Positions 48,784 to 59,850 are shown, numbered from the stretch's first letter. The stretch: DNA of 64,000 nucleotides from Oculatellaceae cyanobacterium bins.114 (GCA_033764315.1 JANRJA010000187.1:1-64000); one strand, 5' to 3'. Notes: generated by a model not told the origin, from the letters alone. Numbers and translations: made by a program.

Positions 48784-49482
48784 ATGAATGATTTCTTGAA
48801 AGGGGCGAGTCACGTCATTGGGGTTGTGGTTGGTTTCTTCCCAATTGCCATCAGTTTTGGAGCAATCTCAGTACAGGCAGGCATTCCAGCGATCGCCACG
48901 GTTGCCATGTCAATGGGGGTGTATGCCGGAGCATCTCAATTTGCGGCGGCTGAAGCGGTGCGCCAAGGCTTGCCCTGGCTGAGTATTGTCCTGACCATGT
49001 TGATCATCAATCTGCGACACATTCCCATGAGCTTGGCAGCAACCCAAAAAATTTACACTCGCTTTCCCTGGGGCAAACGCTGGATGTTGGCGCATGGTCT
49101 AATCGATGAAACCTTTGCCCTCAGCATGACAGACGAGCCACACTCATTTCTCTATTACCTGGGCATGAATCTGAGCTGTTGGACAGCTTGGGTCTTGGGC
49201 ACCTGGATGGGAGCCGCTGTGGGACTGCAAATCCCAGAACGCTGGCTGCAATTTGCCCTACCTGCCATGTTTCTCTATCTGCTCACTGAGAATGTCAAGC
49301 GACTGTGGGGGCGCGAAGTTCTAATCGTTGTTAGCATCGGCATTGCCCTCGTGTTGATGACCCAAAACCTCGGTTCTACAGGTATCTTAGTTGCCATTTT
49401 GGGGGTGGCGATCGCGGCCACCCTGTTGCTCAATAAACCCTCTCCTCCTTACACCCCTGACGCTAAAGAAGGCTCCCTATGA
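48784..49482 (+). CDS. azlC: AzlC family branched-chain amino acid exporter
   Basis: YAGASQF, INLRH, LIDETFA, FALPAMF. Confidence 0.9.
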   Translation: MNDFLKGASHVIGVVVGFFPIAISFGAISVQAGIPAIATVAMSMGVYAGASQFAAAEAVRQGLPWLSIVLTMLIINLRHIPMSLAATQKIYTRFPWGKRWMLAHGLIDETFALSMTDEPHSFLYYLGMNLSCWTAWVLGTWMGAAVGLQIPERWLQFALPAMFLYLLTENVKRLWGREVLIVVSIGIALVLMTQNLGSTGILVAILGVAIAATLLLNKPSPPYTPDAKEGSL

Positions 49483-49769
49483 TCTGGTTAATTATCGTAT
49501 GCGCTGGCATCGGCACTTATCTAATGCGGAGTTCCGGCATCTGGATCTCTCCTAAATTCTTTCCCACCCGCTGGCTGACCCATCTACCCCTCGCCGTTAT
49601 TTTGGTCATGACTGTCGGCAGTATTGTCAGTTTTGCAGGCACCCCCCAAAGCACTCTGGGTGCGATCGCCGCCACCCTGGTAGTCATTTTCGCCAGCCTC
49701 AAAAAACTACCCATCGTCGTTGGCATTGCGATCGGCTGTGTCGTGTTTGGAGCATTTTCAGGAGAATAG
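49479..49769 (+). CDS. azlD: AzlD family membrane subunit
   Basis: IGTYLMR; 4-bp overlap with azlC. Confidence 0.85.
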   Translation: MIWLIIVCAGIGTYLMRSSGIWISPKFFPTRWLTHLPLAVILVMTVGSIVSFAGTPQSTLGAIAATLVVIFASLKKLPIVVGIAIGCVVFGAFSGE

Positions 49770-49816
49770 GAAAACAGAAGAGAGAAAAAAGAAAAAACCT
49801 GAATGGACTATTGCTA

Positions 49817-49910
49817 TATAGCAATCCTAATTGGGTTGTGAGAGTCGCACCCCTCCGGGGTGCGACTCTCACAACCTCCTAATTTCACAAATGATTTAGG
49901 ACTGCTATAT
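49817..49910. mobile_element. MITE with TATAGCAATCCTAA/TTAGGACTGCTATA ends and a 20-bp internal hairpin
   Basis: GGTTGTGAGAGTCGCACCCC-TCC-GGGGTGCGACTCTCACAACC; second copy near 22333. Confidence 0.85.
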
Positions 49911-50032
49911 ATCCAGACTTTAATTTACATAATCCCATTCAAGAACTTGACGCAAGCATCATTTCAGGCAGTAGCAGCCGCCAATTTTGCTCTTTTTCCT
50001 CTTCTTTTTTCCCTCTTCTTTTTTCTTTTTTC

Positions 50033-51628
50033 CTAGCTCAACCTCACGACAGGTTTATTATCAATCAACGTATCGTTCGCTAGCAGGTCTTCAACAGTAA
50101 TCCGCAAGAAGCGATCGCCATCGACCCAAAACAACACTTTGATGCGATCGCTGCCAGGATAGCCTGGAGGCACTAATTTCGCGATACTGCGAGCTTCGGG
50201 AGTGTCATTGAGCGGTTGTACTTGGCTTTTGCCTCCGGTGATGCTGCGGGTCACAAGGCGATCGCCCTCAAAATAAACTTCGGTTTGACTGGTTTCTGAT
50301 CCGAGTTCTCCAATCACCAGTTCAATACTGGGTTGATTGTCAATCGAAGCCCCTAACAACAACTCGACGGGTTCGGGCATGGGGTAAGGCTGTCCGGCTT
50401 TGATGATGGCATGCCAACCATGACCATTATTGCGGCGATCCCAATAGCGAATGCCATAGCTGTGATACAAAAAATCTTTCACCTCAACACCCTGATGCAG
50501 TTGCAGGGCACCGTGGGCGATCGCCTCAAAGGGACGTTCAAAGCGAATTTTTTCGGGCGAAAAGTATTGCTCAATCCAGGCTTTCACCGCTGGAATTTGG
50601 GCTGTTCCGCCTACCAAAAGCACAGCATCCACATCGGCGGGTTCTAAGCCCTGTCGCCGAGCTTGTCGCAACACCTGAGTCATCAACTCATCTAATCGGT
50701 CAAAAAAATGATGCTCTTGCAAGATCTGTGTGAAGCGATCGCGATCGAGCGTTAACTCATAACTCTCCAGAGTTTCATCGTTAAAGTAAGCTTCCGTTGC
50801 CTCTGTCTGGCTAGAGAGTTGAATCTTGAGCCGCTCTGCCAAGCGCAGAGTGACAGGAGTTACCGCTAACCCTTGAGTTGCCGCAAAGTAGTCAACCAAC
50901 CAGTTGTCAATGTCTGCGCCCCCCAAACTTTGTCCAGCTTTGGCCAACACTCGCGCAATCTTGGGACGCTGCGCCGACGAATCCACACTTTTGTGACCCC
51001 ATTTGAGAATAAAACCCAGGGGTTTGCTACCTGCCTGAGTACTTTGCTCCAGTTGCACCAGCGACAAATCCAGCGTGCCGCCCCCAAAGTCAACCACCAG
51101 CAACGTTTTTTCTTGGGCTAAGTTATACCCCAGAGCCGCAGCAGTGGGTTCGTCAAGCAGTCGAATTTGCTCGATTTGAACCGATTGAGACACCTGAGCC
51201 AGCCAGTTGCGATAGACCTCAAAGCTGTCTACAGGAACTGTCAAGACCAGGGAATCGAGTTGGGGATCGATCGCCTGGAGTTGCTGAATCAAGGTTGTAA
51301 GAAACCACTGCCCCACCTGTTCAAAGGTGATAATGCGCCCATCCAATTCTGGTAAATACCCTTGAATATCTGTGCCAATGCCCCGTTTAAAGTTCCGAAA
51401 GAATCGGGGATCGGTGCTCAGATCAAAGCCGCGATCGCGCACAGCTTGACCCAGACACACTTTATCTTGGGTGGCATCGGCAACATATAACAAACTAGGA
51501 ATCAAAGGCGGATTAGCCGCTAATCGCAGAGACAAATCGGCTAACGCCACTGTTTCGGGTTGTCCTGTGGCGGCATTCCACCGGGCAATCACCGTATTAC
51601 TGGTTCCAAAGTCGATCGCATACACCAT
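50033..51628 (-). CDS. Hsp70-family protein (short, atypical DnaK-like)
   Basis: AIDFGTSNT, DEPTAAALGY, DFGGGTLD, LLVGGTAQIP. Confidence 0.92.
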   Translation of the reverse strand: MVYAIDFGTSNTVIARWNAATGQPETVALADLSLRLAANPPLIPSLLYVADATQDKVCLGQAVRDRGFDLSTDPRFFRNFKRGIGTDIQGYLPELDGRIITFEQVGQWFLTTLIQQLQAIDPQLDSLVLTVPVDSFEVYRNWLAQVSQSVQIEQIRLLDEPTAAALGYNLAQEKTLLVVDFGGGTLDLSLVQLEQSTQAGSKPLGFILKWGHKSVDSSAQRPKIARVLAKAGQSLGGADIDNWLVDYFAATQGLAVTPVTLRLAERLKIQLSSQTEATEAYFNDETLESYELTLDRDRFTQILQEHHFFDRLDELMTQVLRQARRQGLEPADVDAVLLVGGTAQIPAVKAWIEQYFSPEKIRFERPFEAIAHGALQLHQGVEVKDFLYHSYGIRYWDRRNNGHGWHAIIKAGQPYPMPEPVELLLGASIDNQPSIELVIGELGSETSQTEVYFEGDRLVTRSITGGKSQVQPLNDTPEARSIAKLVPPGYPGSDRIKVLFWVDGDRFLRITVEDLLANDTLIDNKPVVRLS

Positions 51629-51667
51629 ACTGATTCAGTCGTTCTGTACTACTGTCCTGTACGACCC

Positions 51668-53713
51668 CTAAGGTTGAGCAGATCTAGGGCTGAACAAGAG
51701 AGAGGTAGCATCGGCGATCGCCCCCTCGACAGCACTACTTCGCTTCGCATCAACTGATGTGTGGGAGAGAGAGACAGGCTCTAAAATGGACGGATTTTCT
51801 TGAAACACCGCCAAATCAAACCAGAAGGTGGTTCCAACTCCAACCTCACTGACAAGATGCACTGCGCTGTGATGCTTTTCAACAATATTGCGCACGATTG
51901 ACAACCCCAACCCCGTTCCTTCTAGCGTGTGAACCCGATTTTCAACCCGAAAGAAGCGTTCAAAAATCGCCACCTGGTCTTCGGGATCAATGCCAATGCC
52001 GGTGTCAGCTACCTCAATTCGCACTAGACCCGACATATAATGACTCGTCATCTCAGGCTCTAACACATAGGCCCGAATGGCAACCCGTCCGCCAGCCTGA
52101 GTAAATTTCAAGCCATTGCCCACCAGATTGGCAAACACTTGCAACAGCAAATCATAGTTGCCTAACACCGGAGGCAAATCAGGTTGAATATCTTGAACCA
52201 GTTCAATTCCTTTATCTTTGGCATTTAACTGATAGGTTCGCAGGGTTTGTTCGACCGCCTGAGAGATATAAACCGCATCAAAGCTATAGCGTTTATTTGA
52301 CTCCAGTCGAGAGAGATCTAAGACATCGTTGACTAAACGGGTCAGGCGATCGGTTTCTCGATTAGCGGTGTCTAAAAACTCGCGTCGCTCTTCATCACTC
52401 AAGTCTTCTCCATATTCGTGCAGCGTTTCGATAAAAGACTTGATGTTAAATAGTGGCGTTCGTAACTCGTGCGACACATTACTGATGAACTGGCTTTTGG
52501 CTTCGTTTAGCTCTACCTCACGCGTAATATCTTGAACGGTAATCGCAATTCCTTTGAGGCTTTCGCGGTACTGATCTAACACCGTTGTCAACAAGATTCG
52601 CACTGTGTGATGGATCGGCTCTGGAATCGTAATCCGAAACTCTGACCACTCTCGTTCTCGCAAGGTTTCAGGAGAGGCTGTTTCAGAGACAATTTCCGTC
52701 AGGGGTCGTTTTAACTCTTGTCTAACGGGCACTGGCAAGTGCTCTAAGACGTGCTCCCCAATCATTGCATCATTACTTTCCCAGCCAAACAACCGACGAG
52801 CCGTAGGATTCACCAAAATGACATGCATGTTGGCATCCAGCAGCACAGCTCCATCAGCGATCGTTGAAACCAGGGTTTCCAGCTTTGCTTTCTCAGCCGT
52901 CAGTTCTTCAATGTTTTGCTCTTCATAACTTTCGAGCCGCTCTGCCATTTCATTGAAGTTGAGAATCAGTTCCCCCAGTTCACCCCCTAATGGCAAATCA
53001 ATTCGCTGCTTAAAGTTTCCAGCAGCAATATTTTTGACCCCAAATAATAATTCTTTAATTGGCTTTGTGATCGTCAGGGCATTAAATACAGCTCCTAAAA
53101 TCACCATGACCCAGATCGATACAAATACGGCGATCGTCACATCGCGTGTCAGATGAGAAGACGTGACCACAGTCGGATTGGGATTAGTGCCCAACGCCAA
53201 CACCCCCAGATATTTGCCCTCCTGCAAGATAGGCACAAACACATCTGTGACCTCTCCATCGGGAGTCAGGTGTTGCCGCACCATCGGGTAATCGATGTTT
53301 TCGGCGTAGTTATCAGGGAGTTGAATCCGCCGCCGAATCGTCAGAGAGTTTTGTACCTCTGACTCTGAGAAGGGAATGCCAAAAAAGATGTTGCCATCTT
53401 CATCGGCATAGATCATGTAACGAATGCTAGAGGTGCTGCTGTAAAAGCGATGGGAAAATCGAGCTAACTCAGTGCGGTTGTTTTCAGCCACTAGAGGAGC
53501 CACATTGGCAGCTAATAACAGCCCCAGATCACGCCCAAACCGGGTGTCGTTCAGTCGGGCGTCTTGCTGAATTGAGTTGACTGCCCAAAACGTCAGACTA
53601 CTCATCACCAAAGAGACGACGAGCGTTGCAGCCGCCATTAGGCGAGTCTGGAGTGTGAACTCTGACCACCAACGACGAATGATTGCTCTGAGCTGCGTTA
53701 GGAAAGTTAGCAA
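51668..53713 (-). CDS. nblS: sensor histidine kinase NblS/Hik33/DspA
   Basis: WWSEFTLQTRLMAAATL, HAMP, PAS, SHELRTPLFNIKS, VENRVHTLEGTGLGL. Confidence 0.95.
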   Translation of the reverse strand: MLTFLTQLRAIIRRWWSEFTLQTRLMAAATLVVSLVMSSLTFWAVNSIQQDARLNDTRFGRDLGLLLAANVAPLVAENNRTELARFSHRFYSSTSSIRYMIYADEDGNIFFGIPFSESEVQNSLTIRRRIQLPDNYAENIDYPMVRQHLTPDGEVTDVFVPILQEGKYLGVLALGTNPNPTVVTSSHLTRDVTIAVFVSIWVMVILGAVFNALTITKPIKELLFGVKNIAAGNFKQRIDLPLGGELGELILNFNEMAERLESYEEQNIEELTAEKAKLETLVSTIADGAVLLDANMHVILVNPTARRLFGWESNDAMIGEHVLEHLPVPVRQELKRPLTEIVSETASPETLREREWSEFRITIPEPIHHTVRILLTTVLDQYRESLKGIAITVQDITREVELNEAKSQFISNVSHELRTPLFNIKSFIETLHEYGEDLSDEERREFLDTANRETDRLTRLVNDVLDLSRLESNKRYSFDAVYISQAVEQTLRTYQLNAKDKGIELVQDIQPDLPPVLGNYDLLLQVFANLVGNGLKFTQAGGRVAIRAYVLEPEMTSHYMSGLVRIEVADTGIGIDPEDQVAIFERFFRVENRVHTLEGTGLGLSIVRNIVEKHHSAVHLVSEVGVGTTFWFDLAVFQENPSILEPVSLSHTSVDAKRSSAVEGAIADATSLLFSPRSAQP

Positions 53714-53859
53714 GGGAAACCCATGATGTATGAGGAAAGGAATGAGTCAAAGAGTGGCAATGCGAAGCCGTTTCCCTGGAGGGAGCGATCGGCGAACCGA
53801 TCACAATACGTTACAGCATGTAACTCTTAATCATAATTCGTTTTTATTGTTACATATCC

Positions 53860-55140
53860 TTAACTTTGCTGGAGGACTTGATACCCAATATCTCGGCGAT
53901 AGTACATCGACTCAAATTGGATCAGGCTGATTGCTTCATAAGCTTGCGCGATCGCCCCCTTAAAGTCCTCGGCGATCGCCGTTACCCCCAATACTCGCCC
54001 TCCATCAGTGATCAGTTGATCCGATTTGACCTTTGTACCCGCGTGAAAAATCACAGCACCAGACGTCTGGGCTGGCTCAAGTCCAGCAATGGGCAATCCC
54101 TTTTGATAGGCTCCAGGATATCCCCCTGCCGCCGCAATCACACAAGCAGCCACGCCTGCCTTCCACTCTAGCGGAGGTAACTGATCGAGCCGTTGTTGAG
54201 CACAGGCCAGCAACACTTGATCGAGGGGTGTCTCTAACAGGGGCAACACAACTTGAGTTTCTGGATCACCAAAGCGGCAATTAAACTCAATCACTTTCGG
54301 GTCGCCCTGCGGGGTAATCATTAACCCGGCATACAACACCCCCCGATAGTCAATGCCCTGTTGACGCAATGCGGCGATCGCAGGTTCAAGAACATCTCGC
54401 TGAATTTGCTCCATTAACGCTGGTGTCATGAGAGGTGCCGGAGCATAGGCTCCCATGCCCCCGGTATTGGCTCCCGTATCTCCATCACCAATGCGCTTAT
54501 GATCTTGAGCCGGAAGCAAAGGACGAATGCTGATGCCATCTGTGACGGCTAAGACAGAGGCTTCTTGTCCGACCAGGCACTCCTCAATCAAGACTCGTTT
54601 ACCGGCTTCCCCAAATTCTCCAGCAAAGGCCGATTCTACTGCCGCCTGCGCCTCATCCAATGTGGCAGCGACTGTGACACCCTTACCTGCGGCTAAGCCA
54701 TCGGCTTTGATCACAATCGGGGTAGGTTGAGTTTTGAGATAGGCGATCGCGGCTACCGCTGAGTCAAACGCAGTTGCCTGAGCAGTGGGAATTCCTGCCA
54801 CTTGCATCAGGTTTTTTGCCCAAGCCTTGCTGGACTCAATTTGGGCACCTGCCTGCGTTGGCCCAAACACCGTCAATCCTTGCCCGTGTAAATAGTCTGT
54901 GATGCCTGCCGCCAGCGGCACCTCTGGACCAACCACAATCAACCCAATATTGTTCACCAGAGCAAAACGCCCAATGCCCTCAAAATCAGTCACCGACAAT
55001 GCCAAATTATGACATCCCGGCAAGGTTGCTGTGCCACCATTTCCAGGTACGCAAATGACCTCTTGTACCCGCGATGACTGCAACAGCTTCCAGGCAAGAG
55101 CATGTTCACGTCCCCCGTTACCAACCACCAAAACCTTCAC
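53860..55140 (-). CDS. purD: phosphoribosylamine-glycine ligase
   Basis: GNGGREHALAW, KADGLAAGKGV, QDHKR, EFNCRFGDPETQ. Confidence 0.98.
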   Translation of the reverse strand: MKVLVVGNGGREHALAWKLLQSSRVQEVICVPGNGGTATLPGCHNLALSVTDFEGIGRFALVNNIGLIVVGPEVPLAAGITDYLHGQGLTVFGPTQAGAQIESSKAWAKNLMQVAGIPTAQATAFDSAVAAIAYLKTQPTPIVIKADGLAAGKGVTVAATLDEAQAAVESAFAGEFGEAGKRVLIEECLVGQEASVLAVTDGISIRPLLPAQDHKRIGDGDTGANTGGMGAYAPAPLMTPALMEQIQRDVLEPAIAALRQQGIDYRGVLYAGLMITPQGDPKVIEFNCRFGDPETQVVLPLLETPLDQVLLACAQQRLDQLPPLEWKAGVAACVIAAAGGYPGAYQKGLPIAGLEPAQTSGAVIFHAGTKVKSDQLITDGGRVLGVTAIAEDFKGAIAQAYEAISLIQFESMYYRRDIGYQVLQQS

Positions 55141-55312
55141 GCCACTATCACCTTTCGAGATAACTCAGACTCTAAAAAAGCACTTCATTATCTCATGGAG
55201 ATAGGGATTCATTAGAGTACAAATTGTAGATTCCTCTCATTATTTGAGAGGCTCCTGGTGAGATAGCTGGGAATGTCAATAACCTCTCCTTCGAGGTAAT
55301 TACCATTCTGGC

Positions 55313-55945
55313 TCAAGCCTTGACCTTGACGTGCATCTGACCGAGCGGCGGACGTCTTGCCATGCGAACGGTTTGGGGCAATACACCAACTAACATGGCA
55401 AATGATTCGTCTGGCAACCCAGCGATCGTATTGGCATCAAAATAGTTTTCAAACTGATTGAGAATCATCTGTGCCCGTTGCAGTGGCACCGAGTTATCGG
55501 TGAATTGTTGCGTTAACCGAATCCACTGTCGCCGAATGAGATAAGCTTTTTGCCGTTCTTCATGCGAGTCAGGCACCAGCAATGATAAGTTGCCGACTGG
55601 AATCACCTGCTGACAATCTTCATCAAAGAAACCACCGACCGCTGCTCCAGGGCCTGCAAATTCTGCATGAAACTGTTTATATAAAATCAACCCATTGCGG
55701 CGTCTGCTGTTGACCATCAACAAACGTCCACTACGGAGGTGTTTCAAAATCTCATCTGAACTGGAGCACTCAATCATGGGTGAAAGGCAGCCATGCAACT
55801 GCTGAAGGCGGAATGGGGGTTTGGGGCGTTTTAAGGTGTCTCGGCGCGATCGCTCTACTATCGCTCTACTGGAGATTGACGACGAGTTAACAACCATCAG
55901 TGAGAGCAAATCAAAATTGAGACTCAAAACGAGCAGATTAACCAA
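55313..55945 (-). CDS. conserved cyanobacterial protein with a possible divergent Crp-like C-terminal HTH (start uncertain)
   Basis: HAEFAGPGAAVG; C-terminal LPDESFAMLVGVLPQTVRMAR resembles the Crp HTH spacing. Confidence 0.65.
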   Translation of the reverse strand: MVNLLVLSLNFDLLSLMVVNSSSISSRAIVERSRRDTLKRPKPPFRLQQLHGCLSPMIECSSSDEILKHLRSGRLLMVNSRRRNGLILYKQFHAEFAGPGAAVGGFFDEDCQQVIPVGNLSLLVPDSHEERQKAYLIRRQWIRLTQQFTDNSVPLQRAQMILNQFENYFDANTIAGLPDESFAMLVGVLPQTVRMARRPPLGQMHVKVKA

Positions 55946-56074
55946 TACAAGCTTACCGAACTCTCATCCGGGTCTAACTGAAATTCAAAAGTTTTACACT
56001 TCCTTTACAAACCCTTCAAAGGGTCTTTTGGTAAACCTTTGAGCTATCCTGGCTGATTTTGTGACCATTAAAGT

Positions 56075-56090
56075 CGTGATTTAGATCACT
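56075..56090. promoter_or_regulatory. CRP-type site CGTGA-N6-TCACT
   Basis: 8/10 match to TGTGA-N6-TCACA in a divergent promoter region. Confidence 0.45.
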
Positions 56091-56256
56091 CTAACACCTG
56101 GTTTAAATCACGTCTGATCAGCGAGATCAATCACCTAAAGCGTTGAGCATAATCACTCAATACCAGGGCATTCGATCACTTCAATAAATTGGGGCAGAGG
56201 TGATGATAAATAGCATTGGAGTTCCTTAAATCGTTTATTTCTCTCTGCCTGCCAAT

Positions 56257-56475
56257 ATGCGCTTTCAACTAAGGCTTTTACCGTTTGCTCTGTTTGACCT
56301 CTATGCTCAGGTTGCAACCTCTGGACACATCACCTTGGCTGATCGGTATGGTTTAATGGCAGCTATTTTGGAAGATTCCTTGAGTGATGACGAGCGATCG
56401 GTTCTCGACCGCATTTTGTGGACTATCTATCGTGGCAGGATGAGAGTTTTGGATGAGCTATCAGCGATTTCATAA
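56257..56475 (+). CDS. small conserved hypothetical protein
   Basis: ITLADRYGLMAAILEDSLSDDERSVLDRIL pattern. Confidence 0.75.
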   Translation: MRFQLRLLPFALFDLYAQVATSGHITLADRYGLMAAILEDSLSDDERSVLDRILWTIYRGRMRVLDELSAIS

Positions 56476-56609
56476 AAATGGAATCGGCTAAAAAAGCTGA
56501 CTCAATCCGTCATTCAACTCAAATTTAAACAACTTAAGCCCCCAGCATCTTTTGAGATCCTGGGGGTTTTTGCAGATTGGCAACACCAAACACTTCAGCA
56601 AAACTGAAC

Positions 56610-57176
56610 TTAAGCAGAACAGAGCGTCAACGCTTCACTGCGCTGTTGGAGTTGTTGCATGTGATGAAACAGATTCCAGCAATATTGCTCTGGCAAGCCA
56701 CATGTCACCGCTCCTCGAAGCACCACACCGGAATACCAATCATTGGGGGCGTGTTCTTCCGTTAATTTCTCAATCACCGTGTAAGTCCGAACATTCAAAA
56801 ATGACTGCCCCTGGCGATGAACGGTGATGGTTTCATGACAATATCCTTCTTCCCGATCATCCAGGCGATCGCTCAAGCGATGCGGTAAGCGATAAAGCAC
56901 GCCTTCTACAGTAGAAGTCGGGTCTTTAACGATATCAAGCACCCCACAATTGCGCCGTTGAGACCGCCGAAAAAATCCTAAGCGATAGCCCTTGAGGGTA
57001 GCAGGCCCCACCACATAGGAGTGAGTGTGCTCTCCTAGCGATCGCTTCAAATCTACAGGACACATGCAAGAGCCGTAAGCAAAGTAATAGAACATTGGCT
57101 CAATCACTGACTCAGGATGTGTTTGAGGGTGGATTTTGGCTAACTCAACCCGATGAGAAGGAGGGCGATCGCTCAT
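56610..57176 (-). CDS. gamma-glutamylcyclotransferase family protein
   Basis: YYFAYGSCM, LKGYRLGF, VEGVLY, LDDREEGY. Confidence 0.88.
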   Translation of the reverse strand: MSDRPPSHRVELAKIHPQTHPESVIEPMFYYFAYGSCMCPVDLKRSLGEHTHSYVVGPATLKGYRLGFFRRSQRRNCGVLDIVKDPTSTVEGVLYRLPHRLSDRLDDREEGYCHETITVHRQGQSFLNVRTYTVIEKLTEEHAPNDWYSGVVLRGAVTCGLPEQYCWNLFHHMQQLQQRSEALTLCSA

Positions 57177-57348
57177 GGCTGGGATAGGGGGATAGAAATT
57201 TTGGTTACTAGGATTTTAGCAGATCGGATCAGAGAATGTCACATAATCCGATGTGTGTACCGTAGTTTTATAGGTATGTCATTGAGTTCACAACACAATA
57301 TTCCAATTCAGCTAAGATTTGCAAAACTTAACGCTGTAAAATCGGGGG

Positions 57349-59850
57349 ATGACACATCAACACTCTCTTCCCAACATTCCCTCGTGTGCCTGGAAACGAC
57401 CTATTGGCTTAGGTTGGGGCAATCCTTACACGGTTCGTTATGCCAGCAATTTAGATGATGGTCCCTGGCATGGGGCACCGCTAGGGGGGTTTGGCGCAGG
57501 GTGTTTGGGGCGATCGCATCGGGGTGATTTCAATCTCTGGCACATGGATGGCGGTGAACACCTGTTTCAATCCATGCCAGCGTGTCAATTTAGCATTTTT
57601 GAACAGGTGGAAGGGCAACCCGCTCATGCCTATGCCCTCTGCACTGAAGCCCCTGACGATGGCACATTAAGCACCTGGCAGTGGTATCCCTCTAAAACAA
57701 CTGACTCCGATACTGGCACCTATCACGCCCTTTATCCTCGCAGTTGGTTTGCCTATCGCAATGTCTTTGAGGCATCACTGACCTGCGAACAGTTTTCCCC
57801 CATTTGGGCAGGCAATTATCAAGAAACCAGCTATCCCGTAGGGGTATTTGTCTGGACGGCACACAACCCCAGCGATCGCCCCATCACTCTGAGCATTTTG
57901 TTGACCTGGCAAAACATGGTGGGCTGGTTTACCAATGCTTTGAAATCGCCAGAGGTGAAAGTGCGGGATGATGGTAGCCCCGTGTATGAGTATCAACCTC
58001 GTCTGGGGGAGAGCCAGGGCAACTTTAACCAGTGGGTGGCTGAAGCTGGATGGGCAGGCTGTGTATTAGATCGAGTGGGTCAGTCAGACACGCCAGCAGA
58101 AGGCGAAGGACAATGGGCGATCGCCCTGGCAACGTCTCCCGATGACACCGTGTTTTATCACACCCGATGGAACCCAAGCGGAGATGGATCGGATATCTGG
58201 CAGACCTTTGCAGTGGATGGTTCTCTGGCTAACTGTGAGGATCAAACTCCAGCAGAGGCTGATCAGGTTGGAGCCGCGATCGCCATTCGGTTTACCCTTG
58301 CCCCTGGTGAAACCCGTCAGATTCCTGTTGTTCTGAGTTGGGATCTGCCCGTGACAGAGTTTGCTGAGGGAATCAACTATTTTCGCCGTTACACTGATTT
58401 TTTTGATCGCAGTGGACGCAATGCCTGGGCGATCGCCCGCACTGCCCTAGCCCAGTACAGCGAATGGCAACAGCAGATTCAGATCTGGCAAACTCCAATT
58501 TTGCAACGGGAGGATTTGCCCGACTGGTTCAAGATGGCTCTGTTTAACGAGCTATACGACTTGACCGATGGCGGCACCCTATGGTCTGCCGCGACGGAGG
58601 CAGACCCGATTGGCCAGTTTGCGGTGTTAGAGTGCATCGACTACCGCTGGTATGAAAGCCTGGACGTGCGGCTCTATGGCTCTTTTGCCCTGTTGATGCT
58701 GTTTCCAGAGTTAGACAAGGCAGTGCTGCGAGCGTTTGCGAGAGCCATTCCGACCGCTGACACAAGAACTCGACTGATTGGTTATTACTTTACCCAGGGG
58801 GTTGAAAGCCCGATCGCCACTCGCAAAGCCCTTAATGCCACACCACACGACCTCGGCGCACCCAACGAACATGTCTGGGAAAAGACCAATTACACCAGCT
58901 ATCAAGACTGCAACCTCTGGAAAGATCTAGGTTCCGATTTTGTGTTGCAGGTTTACCGCGACTTTGTGCTGACGGGCAGCACCGATACAGCTTTTTTGCA
59001 AGAGTGTTGGACTGCGATCGCCGCGACTCTACACTATCTCAAAACCTTTGATTTGGATGGCGATGGCATTCCTGAAAATTCAGGTGCTCCTGACCAAACC
59101 TTTGATGACTGGCGGTTACAGGGCATCAGTGCCTATTGTGGTGGCTTGTGGATTGCGGCACTAGAGGCAGCGATCGCCATTGCTCGTCATCTGCAAACCC
59201 ACGCTGTCACCGCATTGACCCCTTCTCTGAGCGAGGCGGATACTCCACAGTTCCCTGACGGGGTAATCGCCACGTTTGAGCAGTGGTTAACTCAATCTCG
59301 CTCGGTCTATCACAAGACGTTGTGGAATGGTCAATATTATCAACTCGACAGTGGCAGTGGCTCTGATGTGGTGATGGCCGATCAACTCTGTGGACAGTTT
59401 TATGCCCGCCTGCTAAGGCTGCCTGATGTTGTGCCTCCAGGGTGCGATCGCACAGCTCTGACCACGGTGTATGAATCGTGTTTTCTCAACTTCAACCAAT
59501 TTATCGCTCACCAAAAAGCTGCAAAATCGCCAGACTCAACCACTTATGCCTTACTGGGAGCGGCTAATGGAGTCCGGTTGGATGGCTCTCCCCTTAACCC
59601 CAACGACACCCATCCCTTAGAGATTTGGACGGGCATTAACTTTGGTATTGCCGCTTTCCTTTTGCAATTGGGTATGCGAGACCAAGCCTTTCAACTCACC
59701 GAAGCCGTTGTTCAGCAAATCTATGAAAATGGCTTGCAGTTTCGCACTCCTGAAGCAATTACTGCTTTCGGCACCTTTCGTGCCAGTCATTATCTGAGAG
59801 CCACAGCGATTTGGGCAATCTATGGAGTATTAACAGGGTTTGAGTCGTGA
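57349..59850 (+). CDS. glycoside hydrolase family 116 (non-lysosomal glucosylceramidase-like beta-glucosidase)
   Basis: GAPLGGFGAG, YHALYPRSW, LECIDYRWYESLDV, PHDLG, PDQTFDDW, FRTPEA. Confidence 0.93.
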   Translation: MTHQHSLPNIPSCAWKRPIGLGWGNPYTVRYASNLDDGPWHGAPLGGFGAGCLGRSHRGDFNLWHMDGGEHLFQSMPACQFSIFEQVEGQPAHAYALCTEAPDDGTLSTWQWYPSKTTDSDTGTYHALYPRSWFAYRNVFEASLTCEQFSPIWAGNYQETSYPVGVFVWTAHNPSDRPITLSILLTWQNMVGWFTNALKSPEVKVRDDGSPVYEYQPRLGESQGNFNQWVAEAGWAGCVLDRVGQSDTPAEGEGQWAIALATSPDDTVFYHTRWNPSGDGSDIWQTFAVDGSLANCEDQTPAEADQVGAAIAIRFTLAPGETRQIPVVLSWDLPVTEFAEGINYFRRYTDFFDRSGRNAWAIARTALAQYSEWQQQIQIWQTPILQREDLPDWFKMALFNELYDLTDGGTLWSAATEADPIGQFAVLECIDYRWYESLDVRLYGSFALLMLFPELDKAVLRAFARAIPTADTRTRLIGYYFTQGVESPIATRKALNATPHDLGAPNEHVWEKTNYTSYQDCNLWKDLGSDFVLQVYRDFVLTGSTDTAFLQECWTAIAATLHYLKTFDLDGDGIPENSGAPDQTFDDWRLQGISAYCGGLWIAALEAAIAIARHLQTHAVTALTPSLSEADTPQFPDGVIATFEQWLTQSRSVYHKTLWNGQYYQLDSGSGSDVVMADQLCGQFYARLLRLPDVVPPGCDRTALTTVYESCFLNFNQFIAHQKAAKSPDSTTYALLGAANGVRLDGSPLNPNDTHPLEIWTGINFGIAAFLLQLGMRDQAFQLTEAVVQQIYENGLQFRTPEAITAFGTFRASHYLRATAIWAIYGVLTGFES

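Noticed and set aside
53810..53824. GTTACA-GCA-TGTAAC palindrome upstream of nblS as an NtcA or HLR1 site
   Set aside because: Spacing fits neither GTA-N8-TAC nor the HLR1 direct repeat; cannot be assigned.
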